DNA of 63,977 nucleotides, filler included, from Octopus bimaculoides (lineage: Eukaryota): the NCBI RefSeq assembly GCF_001194135.2. It is 11 parts of 11 records of this genome, joined end to end, with 100 filler letters (N's around TTAATTAATTAA, not from the genome) between each part and the next. Parts side by side here need not be neighbours in the genome. Positions count along the whole stretch, not along the records: positions 1 to 19,977 come from NC_068997.1; positions 20,078 to 23,341 come from NC_069010.1; positions 23,442 to 26,112 come from NC_069005.1; positions 26,213 to 27,740 come from NC_068990.1; 7 more parts are not named here. One strand, given 5' to 3'. The notes beneath the pieces are model-generated. The model worked only from the letters and a program-made list of their open reading frames with translations. It searched no databases and had not been told where the DNA came from. The translations under genes and the position numbers were made by a program. Below are positions 13,846 to 27,720 of this stretch, piece after piece. Numbering within the stretch: position 1 is the first letter of the stretch; each line of letters begins with the position of its first letter.

Positions 13846-14896
13846 GATATATATGAGTGTATAAGAGAGGGGGAGGCTGAGAAAGAGTGAGGGAGAGAGT
13901 GAGATAAATCCGGGCGGATAGAAGTGAGGGAGCGCTATGCTTTTGTTGGGGAGAGAAAAAAACGATTAAGTGAGAGAAGCTTTGGGACATTGCGTGAGAA
14001 TATTATGAAAAGAGAAGTAGCAGAGAGAGACAAAGAGCGAGAGAAAGGTGTGTGAGAGAAGTAGGGAGAGGGTTGTGGAAAGTTATGTCGAGTTGAATGA
14101 AAGCTATATTGAAGAGTTATATAAAAGAGGACAAAGCGTGATTGAGAGAGAGAGAGAGAGAGAGAGNNNNNNNNNNNNNNNNNNNNNNNNNNNNNNNNNN
14201 NNNNNNNNNNNNNNNNNNNNNNNNNNNNNNNNNNNNNNNNNNNNNNNNNNNNNNNNNNNNNNNNNNNNNNNNNNNNNNNNNNNNNNNNNNNNNNNNNNNN
14301 NNNNNNNNNNNNNNNNNNNNNNNNNNNNNNNNNNNNNNNNNNNNNNNNNNNNNNNNNNNNNNNNNNNNNNNNNNNNNNNNNNNNNNNNNNNNNNNNNNNN
14401 NNNNNNNNNNNNNNNNNNNNNNNNNNNNNNNNNNNNNNNNNNNNNNNNNNNNNNNNNNNNNNNNNNNNNNNNNNNNNNNNNNNNNNNNNNNNNNNNNNNN
14501 NNNNNNNNNNNNNNNNNNNNNNNNNNNNNNNNNNNNNNNNNNNNNNNNNNNNNNNNNNNNNNNNNNNNNNNNNNNNNNNNNNNNNNNNNNNNNNNNNNNN
14601 NNNNNNNNNNNNNNNNNNNNNNNNNNNNNNNNNNNNNNNNNNNNNNNNNNNNNNNNNNNNNNNNNNNNNNNNNNNNNNNNNNNNNNNNNNNNNNNNNNNN
14701 NNNNNNNNNNNNNNNNNNNNNNNNNNNNNNNNNNNNNNNNNNNNNNNNNNNNNNNNNNNNNNNNNNNNNNNNNNNNNNNNNNNNNNNNNNNNNNNNNNNN
14801 NNNNNNNNNNNNNNNNNNNNNNNNNNNNNNNNNNNNNNNNNNNNNNNNNNNNNNNNNNNNNNNNNNNNNNNNNNNNNNNNNNNNNNNNNNNNNNNN

Positions 14897-14930
<34 letters not shown>

Positions 14931-16559
14931 GTGTGCCTGTATGTATATGTGTGTATATATACACATATATATGTATATATATATACAGATACATAAATAT
15001 GTATACGCATACAGGTACACAGATTAATACATACATGCCCACGTACATACATACATACATACATACATACATGCATGCATTGATGCATAATGCATGCATG
15101 GATACATACATACATATATACATCCCTACATACATACATAGAAACAGCTATATGAAGGTGAGTTACATACGCCCGTGTTTCATGGTGATTGGTATCAAAG
15201 AATAAGGAAACATATCAAATAAACTTCTACGTCTTTTATAAACAAACATGCTAAACGTATACTGTGTCACTATCAATGGAGAGAAATCTCAGCTTTCCCT
15301 CCATATAAACTCTTCATTTAATTATATATACATATGACACAATCCTCAGGCTCTGTATACACCGCATTGAACAATATGTACCTTTTGTGTATGTATGTAT
15401 GTGTGTGTCTGTGTGTCTGTATCTGTGTCTGTGTCTCTCTGTTTCTGTGTGTACGTGCACGCGCGTCTAATTATATATTTTGGGTAAAATCGAAGCTGTC
15501 TCCTCTTGAAGTACACCTCCTTATTCCATTATTATAGTCCTGTTTGTAGGTGTCATCGTTTTGATATCGAAAATTCTGGAATTATAGTTTATAGAATCAT
15601 TATATAGAGAAAGTGGAAGCTGGAAAATTTATTGATTGTATTTATTCTCCATTACACTTATTTCATTTGCTAATAGGATTTACAAAGTTGTAGATGTAGA
15701 ATAAACAAGTAAGAAATTTTCTGTAAGAAAAGTCTTACATATTTATCCAACATGTACAACTTTGTGAATCTCATAAGCATATGAAGCATGTGTAATGATA
15801 TTATATTACTATTTTCCAACTTCTTGTTTTGTTATACATGCGTGTGTTTATCAAATGATAAATTGGAAATAATTTCATAAACTTTGAATTCTGCCTAACT
15901 GATATATCATTAAAGAAAAAACGAGCTAATTTGCTGAAAACAACAAGACACCTGTCGATACCTGTTTCTACTTCAATCGTCGTCATCCACACAGCGCTTA
16001 CGTACCTTATCTTTTGAATACGAGGCGATTAAACATATATAAAAGCAGTGGAATTTGTCTATGGCTTAATGCAATTGTGATAGAAATGAAAATTTAGAAA
16101 AAGAAATGATGCAGAAGAGCCAATGGTATGTATTTCACCAAAAAAGACAATTAAATATAGATGAACATACATTATAAATTATAGACTTACTGAAATTATC
16201 ACCACTTTCAAAGAGAGTAGAACAATGATTTAGTAGGAATTTATAACAGCTCAAAATGAGTTAACCTTAAAAATGAAGAATTTCACCAAAAGTAACATGT
16301 GAGACAACTCGACTCTGAATAAACAAACGTTATCACAAGCACATTTAGAGCTCCATAAAACTGGGGTATTCGACCTTAGAAAGAAACTCGTATTGACGTA
16401 TATCACCAAATATCGGTGAATATCAGCAGCAGACAATCAATTCCAGCACCGGTTGTAGAACTCTTAGATCACGTGATTTTAGCGTGTTTACGTTTCGTCA
16501 TATTTAAGTATACACTATTACTGTATGCTGGTCAAATTCCATCCGTACCTATACACATA

Positions 16560-16604
16560 TGCTGCTGATGAAACTCAGACACACAGAAATCACTCGATCT
16601 AGCA
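16560..16604 (+). ncRNA. Type I hammerhead-ribozyme-like motif (weak stem II)
   Basis: TGCTG-CTGATGA-aactcagacacaca-GAAA-TC-actc-GA-TC-TAGCA: stem I 5 bp (one G-U), stem III ATC/GAT, AUC site; stem II not paired. Confidence 0.45.
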
Positions 16605-16923
16605 GTTCAACACCAGTGCTGGACATGTTTTGTCCACTGTGAAGACGAATAATGCAGTTTTATGGTTTTCTAATTATATATCCACATTATGTAGGATATA
16701 ATGATTGCATAACGTTATCTTTTAATTAATTTTACATCCTTTGTTAAAATTCAGCCGAGATTGACCTTGTCTTTCATCCTTTCGAAGTAGATCATATGAA
16801 ATACCACTCAACTCTTGAGGTTGACTTGTACACAAAGGTAAGCAATCGAGGCTTTCTCCATTCAAATCGGTTTTCTTTGGGACTTGATGGTTAAAGTAAT
16901 AATCTGATAATGATAGCAATATT

Positions 16924-16955
<32 letters not shown>

Positions 16956-17082
16956 GTCCTCTGTCTGACTGCAATATTGGACCCTCTTTCTGTGTTCTGT
17001 GCTGAGTTCAACTTAATACTTGATCCTTCTGGGCCTGGAAAGACATAGTAATACCCAGTAATGAGAGTGATTTCTTTCACTC

Positions 17083-17177
<95 letters not shown>

Positions 17178-18367
17178 GACTTCCTCTCCTTTTTTCTTCG
17201 CTCTTTATATCTCTGGAAGCGATTGGGGTAGGTTAGTTTCCGACGTTTAAGACGTCAGTGATGCTATATATAAAGACGACTCATCTACGTCTCCATTAGA
17301 AGTTGAGAATCGAAGGCAAAGTTTATTATAGAAGAGCAACGAAGGTCCATAGAACACCTGTAAAGTTCTGCTGTAAAGTTCTTAGTATGCCTCGCGAGTC
17401 AAGTATTATCAAGTTGTTTTCAACAATTAATATCAATTTCAACACATTACAAACAATGTTGATCTCCAGGTTTGCAAAAACATAATTTGAATTTGTCATC
17501 TCTATACATATTGAATTTATTTCTTGCAGACGTTGATTAGCATCTATTGACGGAATACATATCCAAGTGACAGGATCAAGTAAGTCGAGAATAAAAGCGA
17601 TCTGTACGGAGACACACGAAGTTATAGCGAGCTGTACGGAACTGTACCGAATGCCTTGCATAGAAAACCAAGAACTATCAATGAGATCCAATGAGCTTAT
17701 ACTTTTCAGCATATCAGAAAGACGATTTATAAATTTACAAGAGAGTAAAAACGTATTTGAATGAATAGGAGAATAAAATACGTTCTTACAACAGAATCGT
17801 ACGATACTTCACGGAAATGTACGGAGCCGATCAGAGCTACGCGTACGGAACCGTGCAAAAATCGAACAACTACGCTGTATAGATGTGAATGCGAACAACT
17901 CCGAGAAAAATGCTGGGAAATATCTAAACACAGACGAACAGAGCTAGAAAATGCAAAGAACCACTATTGTATCGTACAATGTATGCTTTTTCAGATCAGC
18001 GCTTCAATTGATAGCCCTAAAGTCAAAATGCCAACGCTCGGATGGTTTCGTACAAAAGGTCTCTGTTATTAACTTCAATAAATTTTAAGACCCGTGTATG
18101 CTTCATCGTTTTTAGCATTTTACGCTGGTCGGGTTGGCGAAGCTAGGAATGTTGTTCAAATAGATTCAACTTCTTTCTTTTATTGTCTTATTTCTTTACT
18201 TTTCTTCTTCTTTTCTCCTTTTTCTTTCATTTTCTCTTTCTCACAACATCTTTTGCATTCATTATACATCGCTCAATAATATCAATGGGGGACTGAAAGA
18301 TGAAATGTGTGTGTGTGTTTGAGCGTGTGCGTGAACGTGTGTACATACATATCTATACATACTTATT

Positions 18368-18453
<86 letters not shown>

Positions 18454-19822
18454 NNNNNNNNNNNNNNNNNNNNNNNNNNNNNNNNNNNNNNNNNNNNNNN
18501 NNNNNNNNNNNNNNNNNNNNNNNNNNNNNNNNNNNNNNNNNNNNNNNNNNNNNNNNNNNNNNNNNNNNNNNNNNNNNNNNNNNNNNNNNNNNNNNNNNNN
18601 NNNNNNNNNNNNNNNNNNNNNNNNNNNNNNNNNNNNNNNNNNNNNNNNNNNNNNNNNNNNNNNNNNNNNNNNNNNNTATATATATGTATATATATATATT
18701 TGAAAGCTTTATTACTATTTCTTGACTCTAAATGAAATCAATCCATTGCCAACTGCACATACACATACATACATATACTTACATACATGTATATATACAC
18801 ACACATGTGCATATGCATACACACGCGCATACAGTGTATGATCGAGCGTGTATGAATGTGATTGTGGTTGGCGTATGTTTTTGAAAATATATATTTAAAA
18901 TTAAGATAAAATTTTGGTCTGACGATATCGATACCTATTGATTTTCCTATCCGTGTATATGTAAAGAATTAGAAATATTTAACATGCTAAATTTTAAATA
19001 CATCTAACAATACTTATGAAAGTCAGAATGCATGCACACACACATATACACTCACACACAGGCACATACACACTTACACATATGTATTATGTTCATGTGC
19101 ACACAAGCATACAAAGATGTACCCCAATATATAAGTGCGTATATTTGTATAATATTTATACTCACGGACATATATGAATGTAAGCGCGAGTGTGTGTATG
19201 TATGTAAATGCATACGATATACATGTATCTATGTGTATTTATCTGTACGTAGGCATGTTATGTATATATTTATATACATTACTTATCTATCTATATTTCT
19301 ATCTCTAACTTTCAATATATATATATATACACACACACACAAACACATTACACACCACACATATGTGAATATATTTACATGGATATACACATATATAAAT
19401 GCACATATACAGCTTTGCATTCAATGGAATACTCTTGCATATTTTCTATTAGACTGGTGACTAAACTTATGAAGAATTTCTTTATTGTACACACAGACTC
19501 TGATAAATATCAACAAATATGATAGCAACACACGTACAGATACACATATACACAGATGCACATATGCACACAGACTCACAAACACAAATGCGCGTGCACA
19601 TGCACACACAAATGTGCGAAAACGCTTATCTTGTCTTTAGCGCATACAGAACTTGATCTATACATACTCATACAGGCGTGCCTACGTGCAAACATACACG
19701 CGCATTCGCAAACTCATATACTTGCACCTGTGTGTGTGTGAGTGTGTGTATGTGTGTGTGTAGATGTGTGTCCATATATCTTAACATACCTTTGTACATA
19801 TATACGTATATATGAATATGTG

Positions 19823-19875
<53 letters not shown>

Positions 19876-20021
19876 TTACATTAAATATCTATGGGTATGC
19901 ATACATACCTGCATGTAATTATTCATGTATATACGGGCACACACTCACACACACCACACACAAACACACACACACAGNNNNNNNNNNNNNNNNNNNNNNN
20001 NNNNNNNNNNNNNNNNNNNNN

Positions 20022-20033
20022 TTAATTAATTAA
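20022..20033. other. Assembly gap linker TTAATTAATTAA (artefact; recurs ~10 times)
   Basis: Identical 12-mer embedded inside N runs at ~20022, 23386, 26157, 27785, 47090, 49432, 51428, 53764, 58277, 62893. Confidence 0.95.
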
Positions 20034-20163
20034 NNNNNNNNNNNNNNNNNNNNNNNNNNNNNNNNNNNNNNNNNNNNGAGAGGAGTTTGTAAAGGGGGGA
20101 AGGGTATTCACATAATTTATCACCTTCCTCCTAAATTAATAGACAGATACATATAAATAGGTC

Positions 20164-20205
<42 letters not shown>

Positions 20206-20258
20206 CAGGTAGATAGAGAATAGGTACAGAGACAGTGATAGACAGCAGATATATATAT

Positions 20259-20302
<44 letters not shown>

Positions 20303-20521
20303 GAGAGAGGGATAGCTTAATACCAGGTATATTTTATACAGAGGCACACATAAAATATGTATGTATAATATATGTGTATAAGTGCATTCGCGACAGAGCA
20401 AAACACGAGTTGCCTGATAATTATTCCTGTCTCAACTAATATACTCCATGAAATGTACTGAATTCTTGCCTCATTTGGTCAATGTATTCACAGGTGTACA
20501 TAGACATAAACATATATACAT

Positions 20522-20556
<35 letters not shown>

Positions 20557-21095
20557 CATACTTATATATTCACAGCTATACATAGATATATACATACATA
20601 CAACACACACACAGTCTATAAACAAGACATAATCAATTCATCATGGAGATTGTGTATATATTAAGTGAGGGTGTGTATAAGTCCATATAAAAATATATAT
20701 GCATGTATGTGTATATATATGTAAACGTGTTTGTATATATATATATATATATATATATATGTGCGTGCTTATATGTATATGTGTATGTATATGTATGTAT
20801 ACAGTTAAGCATTTAATACTTCTCATTCACAACAGAGATTTACACACACACACGCACTCACACACACAGACACACACACAGAGGCACGTGCTTTATCTTT
20901 CAGACAACCATAATATTATACACACATTCATAAATATATACATATATATATATATACGTATATAAATGTGCTTAAATCTATAATGTACATACATTCGATA
21001 TATACAATATATATTATGCACATAAATATATAATATACATGCATACAATACATACATATATATATATTATGTACATAAAAATATAATATACAAAC

Positions 21096-21128
<33 letters not shown>

Positions 21129-21328
21129 CATATATATATATATATATATATTCACATACATACATAATTATATACACACATACATACAAATATATATATA
21201 TATATATATATATNNNNNNNNNNNNNNNNNNNNNNNNNNNNNNNNNNNNNNNNNNNNNNNNNNNNNNNNNNNNNNNNNNNNNNNNNNNNNNNNNNNNNNN
21301 NATGTACATAAAAATATAATATACAAAC

Positions 21329-21371
<43 letters not shown>

Positions 21372-21496
21372 TGTACGGCATTTTAAATGAAAATTCGAAG
21401 AATGGAAAGAAACAGCTAAGGTATGGGGGGGGGCATTTTCAAGAATTCCATTTCAGCATTTTCATCAGAATATTTTTTATATATATATAGTTATTA

Positions 21497-21564
<68 letters not shown>

Positions 21565-21605
21565 GTTTTGGGGTTTACATCAAAGTCACAAGCTTACCTC
21601 AGTCT

Positions 21606-22407
21606 TGTTGTTGTTGTTGTTTTTTTTAGCCCCGGGTCAGTCCTAATCCAGCAGGCCTGTGTCCAAAACATCTTAACATCCACGACCATCCTGTCTTTTA
21701 TTCAGGCACAGTGCATCTAGGACTACATTATCTAATGTGCCCTTCCTCCGCTGGTGCTGTTTAGCCCCAGGTCAAACCTGATCCAGACAGACCTATGATT
21801 CAAAGATGTACCAGCTGTGACCATCCTGTGTTTTATTCAGGCATAATACACCATGTATCTAGGACTACATTATCCAATGTCTCCTTCCTCTGGTGTTGTT
21901 TAGCCCCGGGTCAATCCAGATCCAGCAGAGTTAAAGTCAAAATATTTTCTTTTCATGACCTTCTTGTATTCCTAGATATACATAGGGCATCTAGGAATAC
22001 ATTATCCAATGTGTCCTTCTTCCTTGTTGTTGTTTAGCCCTAGGTCAGTCCTGATCCAGGCTTATGATCTAAGATGCTCCAGCTGTGACCATCCTGTCTT
22101 TCATTCTGGCATAGTGTATCTAGGACTACATTATCTGACGTGTCCTTCATCTTTGTTGTTGTTTAACCCCAGGTCAGTCCTGATCCAGCAGACCTATGAT
22201 CAAAGATGATCCAGCCGTGACCATCCTGTCTTTTATCCAGACACAGTGTACCTAGGACTACATTATCTAATACATCCTTCCATATCATTAAGCTGTAGGG
22301 CGGTCTTGATCCAGCAGACCTATAATTAAAGACGTTCCAGACATGACGATCCCATCTTACATTCAGACATGGTCTATCTTGGACTACATTATCTAATGTA
22401 ACATTTC
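21606..22407 (+). repeat. Tandem array of ~6 diverged ~120-140-bp units
   Basis: Recurrent GTTGTTGTTTAGCCCCAGGTCAGTCCTGATCCAGCAGACCTATGATCAAAGATG...GACCATCCTGTC...CTAGGACTACATTATCTAATG. Confidence 0.9.
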
Positions 22408-22599
22408 TTAATTTTTTTTCTTTCTTAAAAAAAAAAAAATATCAAAAAGAAACAGCAAGGTGTAATTTGAGAGTAACGTGAGTGCTATTTCTAGCAGGTC
22501 TGGCTGCCTTGTAGAGGCAGATGTCTGCGAGGAATGCAGATAGGTGTGTGTTTAGAGTAATCTTGTTCTGTACTGGACTGACGTGACTTGGAGTGGAGT

Positions 22600-22980
22600 G
22601 AGAGTGAGAGTGAGAGTGAGAGAAGGAGGAGGTATGCATGAGAGGGAGTAAGAGTGAATTGATATGAGCAGAAAGAGACGGTAGAAGGAGGGAGAGATAG
22701 AGAGGGGGTGAGTGGAGAGAGCTTGCAGAAGGTAAGTAGAGAGAGAGAGAGAGAGAGAGAGTAGGAGAGATAGAGAGAAGTAGTAGAGAGAGAGAAGTAG
22801 TAGAGAGAGAGAGTAGGAGAGAGAGAAAAGTAGGAGAGAGAGAGAGAGAAGTAGGAGAGAGAGAGAGAGAGAGAAGTAGGAGAGAGAGAGAGAGAAGTAN
22901 NNNNNNNNNAGAGAAGTAGGAGAGAGAGAGAGAGAGAGAAGTAGGAGAGAGAGAGAGAGAAGTAGGAGAGAGAGAAAGAG
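22600..22980 (+). repeat. Polypurine (GA)n tract punctuated by AGTAG (higher-order microsatellite)
   Basis: Repeated [(GA)n-AGTAG] units, almost purely purine on the + strand. Confidence 0.9.
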
Positions 22981-23293
22981 AAAAACAAAAACAGGAGAGA
23001 GGTACAGACAGGAGAGATAGTGCCTGTGTGTGTGTATATATATATATACACACACATATACATGTATGTATATACAGAGAAGAGCAAAACTAAAGACAGG
23101 TGTAGAGAAAGAAGTAGGGACAAAGAGAGAGAGAGAGAGAGAGAGAAACAGACAGACAAAGAGAGGCAGGGAGGAGAGACAATATGCATACATAGATATA
23201 TTTATTAATATTTAGCAGAAGCAACAAGCTGACTCCAGGGCCAAGAGTTTCATGCGTTGGCACTTCGTATGTGTGCATACATGCGCACGCGTG

Positions 23294-23341
<48 letters not shown>

Positions 23342-23441
23342 NNNNNNNNNNNNNNNNNNNNNNNNNNNNNNNNNNNNNNNNNNNNTTAATTAATTAANNN
23401 NNNNNNNNNNNNNNNNNNNNNNNNNNNNNNNNNNNNNNNNN

Positions 23442-23478
<37 letters not shown>

Positions 23479-24242
23479 CATATCCATACATACATGTATA
23501 TGTATGCATATATATGTGTATATACTTATACACACGTATAAACATACACATATATACATACATACACACATAAAACCAACAAACAATATGAACATTAATT
23601 GGGACATTGATATTAAGACGCAATTACCCAAGGAGTAGAAATATTCTTTGCCAGCAATTTATCAGATCTCCAGCCACAGAAGATTATTCCCTGAGGAAAT
23701 GGTTTAAAAGAAGTTTATCTCGCAAAAACTTCTCCTTCTCTCAATTAATTAACCAATATAGATTCCTATATTTCGATGCTGTTTGTGATTTGGGATTATG
23801 AATTCATCAAATTTCGTTTATAAGTTCATGGAAACAACCAATAGAACTATTTTCGTCTTAGAGATTCTTCGCTGGCGTCCTTCATCTTCCATTTGTGTTG
23901 TTGTTGTTGTTATTATTATTAATATTAGTAGTAGTAGTAGTAGTAGTAGTAGTGCCTAAAAGACTAAACCCTGAGGAACTTCGAAATATAGATATACATA
24001 AGCGATGCAACGAAAACGAAAATGGAGGATTTAGTATAACTAATTGTCGGAAGTGCAGCAGTTCAAGGAGATCCAGGGAAGCCGGCTTGGGTGAAGCTAC
24101 AAGCATTCATATCGTCTGCAATGATATTTCGTTTGTTGCTATCTTCGCATGCGTTCGGAAGTTACGTCTTGGATAATCTTAGCAACGGGATGAAATCGAA
24201 AGACATACTCGAAAAATCATGAACATATTTTTGCCTTTGTGA

Positions 24243-24555
24243 AGGTGGTGGTGGCTCAGTGGTTAGGGCGTCGAGCTTACGATTGTGAGGTTGTGAGTTC
24301 GATTCCCGGACCGGGCTGCGTGTTGTGTTTTTGAGCAAGACATTTTATTTCACGTTGCTCCACTTCACTCAGCTGTAGAAATGAGTTGCGACATCACTGG
24401 TGCCAAGCTGTATCGGCCCCTTTGCCTTTCCCTTGGATAACATCAGTGGTGCGGAGAAGGGAGGCTGGTATGCATGGGCGACTGCTGGCCTTCCATAAAC
24501 AACCTTGCCCGGACTTGTGCCTTGGAGGGTAACTTTCTAGGTGCAATCCCATGGT
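24243..24555 (+). mobile_element. tRNA-derived SINE (family D), near full length
   Basis: A box TGGCTCAGTGG, B box GTTCGATTCC, then TTGAGCAAGACA...CACTCAGCTGTAGAAATGAG core-like domain; partial copy at 58120-58195. Confidence 0.85.
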
Positions 24556-24824
24556 CCTTCACAGCCATGTCAATGAAACAATTTAACGAAGATTAATAGA
24601 TTTAGTCCTCAAGAAAAAAGAACATTCATAAGCATGTCATCTCCGCGGATCCTGCTTAACTCTTTCATTACCATATTTCTGTTGAAATATACCGGCTTTG
24701 GTTAAAGAAAATTTTAAACTAATGAAGAATTTAGCAAAATTGCTTTGCCATTAATAAGCAGGAAGAAATTAACGTAAAAACTTAATGGAGGATTCTAATT
24801 TAGATTACTTTCTTTTCTACTTTA

Positions 24825-25030
24825 GGCACAAGGCCCGAAATTTTTGGGGAAGGGGCCAGTCGATAAGATCAACTTTAGTACGCAACTGGTAATTAATTTA
24901 TCGACTCCGAAAGGATGAAAGGCAAAGTCGACCTCGGCGGAATTTGAACTCAGAACGTAAAGACAGACGAAATACCACTAAGCATTTCGCCCGGCGTGTT
25001 AACGTTTCTGCCCGGCGTGTTAATGTTTCT
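24825..25030 (-). mobile_element. tRNA-derived SINE (family B)
   Basis: Reverse of ...CGAAATGCTTAG...CTGAGTTCAAATTCCGCCGAGGTCGACTTTGCCTTTCATCCTTTCGG...; 21-bp tandem duplication at its 5' end (24989-25030). Confidence 0.85.
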
Positions 25031-25704
25031 ATAAAGGATTAGTGGTGATCAAAAACGACGATGTTCTTGGGAGAATTTTTGAACGTCGACGAAAGTCAAC
25101 AGGCTGATTTGTGCTGGAGGACTTTTAGTCTGGGGCCCATTGATAATTTTCAGAAATCTCTGGCCTGGTGTTGCTGCCGAAGGCATTGTCGGTTCGAGAT
25201 GTATTCTAAAGGCATGGAAATGTTGTCAACCGAGCCTGTGTTGAAAATCTGCAGATATTAACATTAGCTTTCATCCTTTCGATAGTCATTGAAGTGGGGG
25301 GTACCAGTCATGAAATGAGGGTAGATTTCATCCAGTAGCTCGTAAACCCAAAGTTGTGAGCTTGTGCCTAAGTAAGTAGTAGCAGCAGCAGCAGCAGAAG
25401 CAGTAGTAGTAGTAATAGTAGTGACAGCAAGTAATACTGCTAACTTCGTCTTTACAGTTAGCAAGTGCGATTGGCAAGCTTTGTAGAAACGAAGTTTTCT
25501 TCACGCGACAGAGGAACATTTCCCTCCCCACCATCCAGACACCCCCTATATATACTCCATACATATATCCAATATGCATACGTCTACGTATATATACATG
25601 GGTATATATATATATGTATATATATATACATATATATATGTATGTATGTATTTACATATATGTGTATGTATATATATTTATTTACATATGTATCTCTCTC
25701 TCTC

Positions 25705-25746
<42 letters not shown>

Positions 25747-25884
25747 TGATATATATGTAGCTCACACATATACCGTATGCATGTATCACACACAGCCTCG
25801 CTTGAAATGTGAAAAATAAAGACATATTTGTATGTATGTAAATATGTATGTGTGTATGTATGTTTGTATGTGTGTGTATAGGGT

Positions 25885-25923
<39 letters not shown>

Positions 25924-25984
25924 TACTAGATAGGTAGAGAAGTAAGTAGCTGGGTAGCTAGGTAAGAAATATGTGATGCGCGCG

Positions 25985-26018
<34 letters not shown>

Positions 26019-26349
26019 ACGTATGTGTGAGAGAGGGAGGTGTTTGTGAGAGAGAGAGAGCCTTTAGCTTGAGAATGAGAAAATGTAAGATGCCGAAAAT
26101 ACCAAAGCGACTNNNNNNNNNNNNNNNNNNNNNNNNNNNNNNNNNNNNNNNNNNNNTTAATTAATTAANNNNNNNNNNNNNNNNNNNNNNNNNNNNNNNN
26201 NNNNNNNNNNNNTTCAAAATATACCGCGTATTTACGGTTTACCTAATCGGCAGCAAATACAAAAATGCAAAATGCCGAAATTCCTTCAGAAAATCATCCA
26301 AAAATAATTTTATCATTATTAATAAATTATAGGGTAGCAAAGAAAATTT

Positions 26350-26561
26350 TAGAAATTTTATTTACCACCAGTGGTCCAGCAAACACGCGAACTTACTTCG
26401 GCTCCACTTTCAAGTTCGTGCCTCACAGCGTTCATATACACATAATTTTTCACGTCTGACCGCATGGCCTTTTCCGTTTGTTTTCCTGTCCTGTTTTCTT
26501 TTCTGTTTGTTTTCCTGTCTTGTTTTTTGTCCGCCACTACANNNNNNNNNNNNNNNNNNNN
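26350..26561 (-). mobile_element. Family C repeat copy
   Basis: Reverse match to 4540-4670 (TGTAGTGGCGGACAAAA...GAACGCTGTGAGGCACGAACTTGAAAGT...AGTTCGCGTGTTTGCT). Confidence 0.75.
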
Positions 26562-27375
26562 NNNNNNNNNNNNNNNNNNNNNNNNNNNNNNNNNNNNNNN
26601 NNNNNNNNNNNNNNNNNNNNNNNNNNNNNNNNNNNNNNNNNCACACACGTTTCAATGTCATCACGAAAAGTCCTTATCATGTTCACGAAATGTATTGCGC
26701 AGCTAAGCCTACGCAAGACCTACCATAATGCATACTTATTCACCGCGTCACAGGCCTTTGTCAAATCAACAAAGACCTGATCTTAATCTAGGTTTTGTTC
26801 TTAACAATTTTCCTTGCACCTAAGTGCAGAAAAGATCGTATCCATCTTGTACTAATTTTCTAAACTGTAAATATTTTACTCGATAAAAAATTTTCCAATC
26901 AGTGGTTCTGAACCAAAGTTTATATAAAATTGGAGCTTATTAATTTTTATAGGCAAATAATTCATGATTTACTTGTTTCAATTATTTATTTTCACTTAAA
27001 CATTTTATTCTGTTTGTAGATTGCAATAATTGAATTGTAAATATCTTTGAAGTCGCTAAGTTATACTACACTAATATATTTTCGCGCATTGTTTATGTGG
27101 TTGTGTGTTGTTAGTTAAAAGTAGTTTGGTGTCCATGTATATGTTACTCCGCCAGTATTGGTGCTAGGAAAAATTATATTCGATTAACGAATGTGAATGC
27201 GCGCGCGTGTGCATGTATGTTTATATATATGTGTTATTTATATATATATATGTGTGTGTATGTATATATATATATATATGTGTGTGTATGTATATATATA
27301 TCATATGTGTGTGTGTGTGTACATATGTATATATATATGTATTTATATATGCATGTATGTATATATATATATATA

Positions 27376-27415
27376 TCTATATATAAAAATGAGAATGTGT
27401 GTGTGTGTGTGTGTG

Positions 27416-27450
<35 letters not shown>

Positions 27451-27720
27451 GTGAATCCCTAAAACTCGAGAACTACGCAACCAATTTCATTCAAATTTTA
27501 CACATGCCTTACTTAGGGTTCCAGTTGTGTTTTAGTCAAAAAAAAATTTAACTTCTTGCAGAGTTCGAGCCCACGGCAACATAATATCTCCTCCACTATT
27601 TAAGTATTATGTGTCAAAAGTGAAACAAAAACACTCATGTCAAATACTTTCACTTTAAAAATGAAACTATTCTACTAACTGAAGCAATCACATTTCGATA
27701 CTGTAGTGACAGATACTTTC
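27376..27720 (+). mobile_element. Non-autonomous Helitron-like element (DINE-1/Lep1/HINE architecture), 3' end lost in gap
   Basis: A|TCTATATATAAAAATG start, internal (GT)n+(CTGT)n, then AAAACTCGAGAACTACGCAACCAATTTCATTCAAATTTT, the typical layout of these elements. Confidence 0.65.

Noticed and set aside
16300-16430. Possible GIY-YIG C-terminus upstream of the 16.56-kb motif
   Set aside because: Resemblance (LRKKLVLTYITKY) is too vague to support.
23965-24005. CTGAGGA-ACTTC-GAAA hammerhead-like string
   Set aside because: No stem II and no stem I pairing.
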